A stretch of DNA of 64,000 nucleotides from a virus, in IMG/VR virus record IMGVR_UViG_3300039008_000120, positions 1 to 64,000 of that record; one strand, 5' to 3'. The notes under the pieces were generated by a model. The model had not been told where the DNA came from. It did not search any database and was given only the letters and a program-made list of their open reading frames with translations. The translations under genes were made by a program, and so were the position numbers. This document shows, one piece after another, positions 61,723 to 64,000 of the stretch; the first letter of the stretch is position 1; every line of letters starts with the position of its first letter.

Positions 61723-62775
61723 TTATCGTTGTAAATATTTAAATAAATTTTCACTATCACTTTCACCCATTAAGCCATATTGCTTAATGAATTGCTGTAT
61801 TGAATTAATTTGAATTTTATTATCTTTAGGATAAATAATATCATCAAAAATCTTATTTAATTTAACTTTATCTAATTCACTAATAATATCATCGTTGAAA
61901 ATATTACAAATATATAAGTTTCTCCTGAACTCTTTTTCAAATTTACTCAATATTTGGGGTGTTTTAAATTTCTTAGAAAAATATTGTAATATTGAATCAT
62001 ATGTAACATCAATATCATCCAAATAACAATCTCTAAAAAAATTTTCAAAAATAGTCTTCGATTTTATACCAAATGGCTTTTTAATGTTATCTGAACTATC
62101 ACCCATTAATGCTTTATATAAAATAAATTCCGATATATTTTTTAAATACGGAAAATCTATTATATCACATATACAATCAATATTTTTTATTAAAAAATTT
62201 TTTGAACCTTTATTGGGTGCAGTATATTTATAAATTACATCAGTATTGTTTTCATCAAACGCCATTAGATAATCTTTATCATGACTAATCACTAAACTTT
62301 TTTGTTTAATATTATTATCTTTTAATTTTTTAAGAAAATATCCAATTACAAAATCTGCTTCATTTGTTACCAGATTTGATGGAACAACAACTTCATTGAG
62401 TAAACCAAATATTTCGGTTAACAATAAGCAATTATAATCATATAAGTTTTTTGTATTCCAATCAAATACTCCTTTGGTTCGTTTTGATTTACTTCGATTT
62501 AGTTTATATTCTGGATATATTTTTTTTATGTTAATAGATATTCCACCATCAAATGTAAATATAAACTTACTTTGTGGTAAAACTTGTTTCAAGTTAATAT
62601 AAAATTTTATAGTTTCAATGAATGGAGTTATATTTATTCGATCCATTGATAAATTTTTTTCTAAATTCAAATAGGGAGTAATTGTCAATGAACTAACATC
62701 AACAAAAACATAATTGTATTTATTATACAAAGCTTTTTTATTATTAATAAAATTCAAAATTTCACAATTACTCAT
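61723..62775 (-). CDS. FEN / 5'-3' exonuclease (T4 RNase H-like)
   Basis: 350-aa track ORF. VFVDVSS, YPEYKLNR, NEADFVIGY, SHDKDY and GDSSDNIK motifs. Confidence 0.7.
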   Translation of the reverse strand: MSNCEILNFINNKKALYNKYNYVFVDVSSLTITPYLNLEKNLSMDRINITPFIETIKFYINLKQVLPQSKFIFTFDGGISINIKKIYPEYKLNRSKSKRTKGVFDWNTKNLYDYNCLLLTEIFGLLNEVVVPSNLVTNEADFVIGYFLKKLKDNNIKQKSLVISHDKDYLMAFDENNTDVIYKYTAPNKGSKNFLIKNIDCICDIIDFPYLKNISEFILYKALMGDSSDNIKKPFGIKSKTIFENFFRDCYLDDIDVTYDSILQYFSKKFKTPQILSKFEKEFRRNLYICNIFNDDIISELDKVKLNKIFDDIIYPKDNKIQINSIQQFIKQYGLMGESDSENLFKYLQR

Positions 62776-63122
62776 ATTAACTCCGATAATTTTTTAACAA
62801 CTATTGCATTAGTTGACAAATGGTTGTTATAATTAATTTTTTTTATCTTCTTTAAATTTAAATTAGTATTAATTACTTTTTCTGCAAATAATGCATCTAT
62901 TGTCAAATTTGATGCATTAATTGTATTAACTGAAATAAAATAATTTCTTTTTTTATAAGTAATTTTTTCTATTATTTTTTGTTCAATGAAGTGATTGATA
63001 ATTTTTTTTATTTTATAATCAGTAATGTTATCATTTTCAAAAAGACTAACCAAATCATCTTTAGTTTCTGATAATGATTTAAATTCTTTTATTTCTTCAA
63101 AAAAAAATTTATATTTTTCCAT
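62772..63122 (-). CDS. hypothetical protein
   Basis: 116-aa track ORF, first gene of the minus-strand run. Confidence 0.55.
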   Translation of the reverse strand: MEKYKFFFEEIKEFKSLSETKDDLVSLFENDNITDYKIKKIINHFIEQKIIEKITYKKRNYFISVNTINASNLTIDALFAEKVINTNLNLKKIKKINYNNHLSTNAIVVKKLSELI

Positions 63123-63258
63123 TAATTTTTTCTCACTTTTAATATTATTTAATTAATTCAACTAATATTAAAAAATGAAAAAGTCAAATACTTTTTTCAT
63201 TTTTTTCCCCTGTTAATAATATTTAAATTTATTTATTTATAATTAATATAAATAATAT

Positions 63259-63288
63259 ATAAATAATAATATTTATATTATTATTTAT
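63259..63288. repeat. perfect 13-bp inverted repeat with a TTTA loop
   Basis: ATAAATAATAATA-TTTA-TATTATTATTTAT within an almost pure A/T intergenic region. Confidence 0.8.
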
Positions 63289-63296
63289 ATATAAAT

Positions 63297-63337
63297 ATAT
63301 ATAATATATATCCCTTTAGGGGATATATATTATATAT
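63297..63337. repeat. 18-bp inverted repeat with a TTTA(G) loop
   Basis: ATATATAATATATATCCC-TTTAG-GGGATATATATTATATAT. Confidence 0.8.
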
Positions 63338-63486
63338 ATTATTAAATATACTTAATTCTTAATAATATTTTATATTAATTAAATATATTTAATTATAATT
63401 ATTATTAAGTATTATTAACAGACACACACACCCGTGGGTTTTTTTGTGATATATATATAATTAAAATATAATTTTGGAGTTGTTAG

Positions 63487-64000
63487 ATGAGTTCACAAAT
63501 TGATTGTTACTTTGGAATTAGACCAACTGGTAATAAGCTTCACTTAGGTCACTTAATGACACTTTTTGATATGTTTGATTTTATAGTAACAAACATAAAT
63601 CACGTTAATAATATATATATTCTTTTAGCTGAAATCCATGCTCAAATATCAAAAATTTCAATAGAAAAAATTAAGTTAAATTCTAAAGATTTACATATTC
63701 AAATTTTAGAAGTATTTAATATATTTTTGAGAATGAGAAATATATCTCCTGAAAAAATTAAATATTTAAATAATAAAATTAAATTTATATATCAGTCTGA
63801 TTTTGAAACTCATGTTAATATCACATATACATATTTACCACTTGTAAACACAAATAAAGTATTAAAAAATCCAATTTTCAAAAACAATAATAACAACAGT
63901 GTCGGCTTTTTAATTTATCCAATTTTACAAACGTTTGATATTATATTATACTCACCAAACAGCAAAGATACTGATCTTTATGTTTTTGTGGGTGGTGATC
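63487..64000 (+). CDS. trpS: tryptophanyl-tRNA synthetase-like class Ic aaRS, 3' end outside the window
   Basis: ATG at 63487 with a GGAG RBS, open to the window end. GIRPTGNKLHLGH (HIGH), ILLAEIHA, ISPEK, FIYQSDFETH, IFK, SVGFLIYPILQTFDIILY and VFVGGD align in order and spacing with bacterial TrpRS: G.QPSG..TIGN, CIVDQHA, IDPEK, F.QS.VPEH, QFK, AGL..YP.LMAADILLY and VPVGEDQ. Confidence 0.7.
   Translation, partial: MSSQIDCYFGIRPTGNKLHLGHLMTLFDMFDFIVTNINHVNNIYILLAEIHAQISKISIEKIKLNSKDLHIQILEVFNIFLRMRNISPEKIKYLNNKIKFIYQSDFETHVNITYTYLPLVNTNKVLKNPIFKNNNNNSVGFLIYPILQTFDIILYSPNSKDTDLYVFVGGD

Overview
This window looks like a 64-kb fragment of a very AT-rich tailed-phage genome (roughly 25-30% GC by eye) with T4-like morphogenesis genes. 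It is densely packed with about 90 genes, mostly on the minus strand. All translation here was done by hand, so start codons and family calls are provisional.

Main result:
- The six-frame track breaks many genes only because TAG is read as stop. Wherever I retraced a break, the same frame continues across a single in-frame TAG (about 68 sites).
- Every gene end I could define is TAA or TGA. The genome is therefore amber-recoded.
- Several independent alignments place TAG at tryptophan or aromatic positions rather than glutamine, the usual phage reassignment: an APS-kinase P-loop, an in-window paralogue pair, and tail-fibre, scaffold, TerL and protease motifs.
- The window ends in a phage-encoded TrpRS-like gene.

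Recognisable modules after merging ORFs across TAG:
- Morphogenesis: TerL (617 aa); gp21-like prohead protease, scaffold and major capsid protein on the plus strand; portal (626 aa); at least four tail-fibre or tail genes.
- Mobile element: a free-standing homing-endonuclease-like gene directly after the capsid gene.
- DNA metabolism: Rad50/gp46-like ATPase, two FEN/RNase H paralogues, a DnaQ-like exonuclease, a Cas4/RecB-like nuclease, other PD-(D/E)XK nucleases, and an SSB-tail protein.
- Translation and RNA: bS21, a CCA-adding enzyme, an HD-kinase fusion, and TrpRS.
- Accessory genes: a full-length methyl-accepting chemotaxis protein, an HD-GYP phosphodiesterase, and an APS kinase coupled to a sulfotransferase-like ORF.

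Regulatory signals:
- Many sigma70-type promoters with exact 17-nt spacers.
- Numerous hairpin terminators.
- A strand- and region-specific 11-mer, ATTTAACAGAT.
- TATAAAAAAA boxes upstream of late genes.

No tRNA, rRNA or CRISPR array was found.
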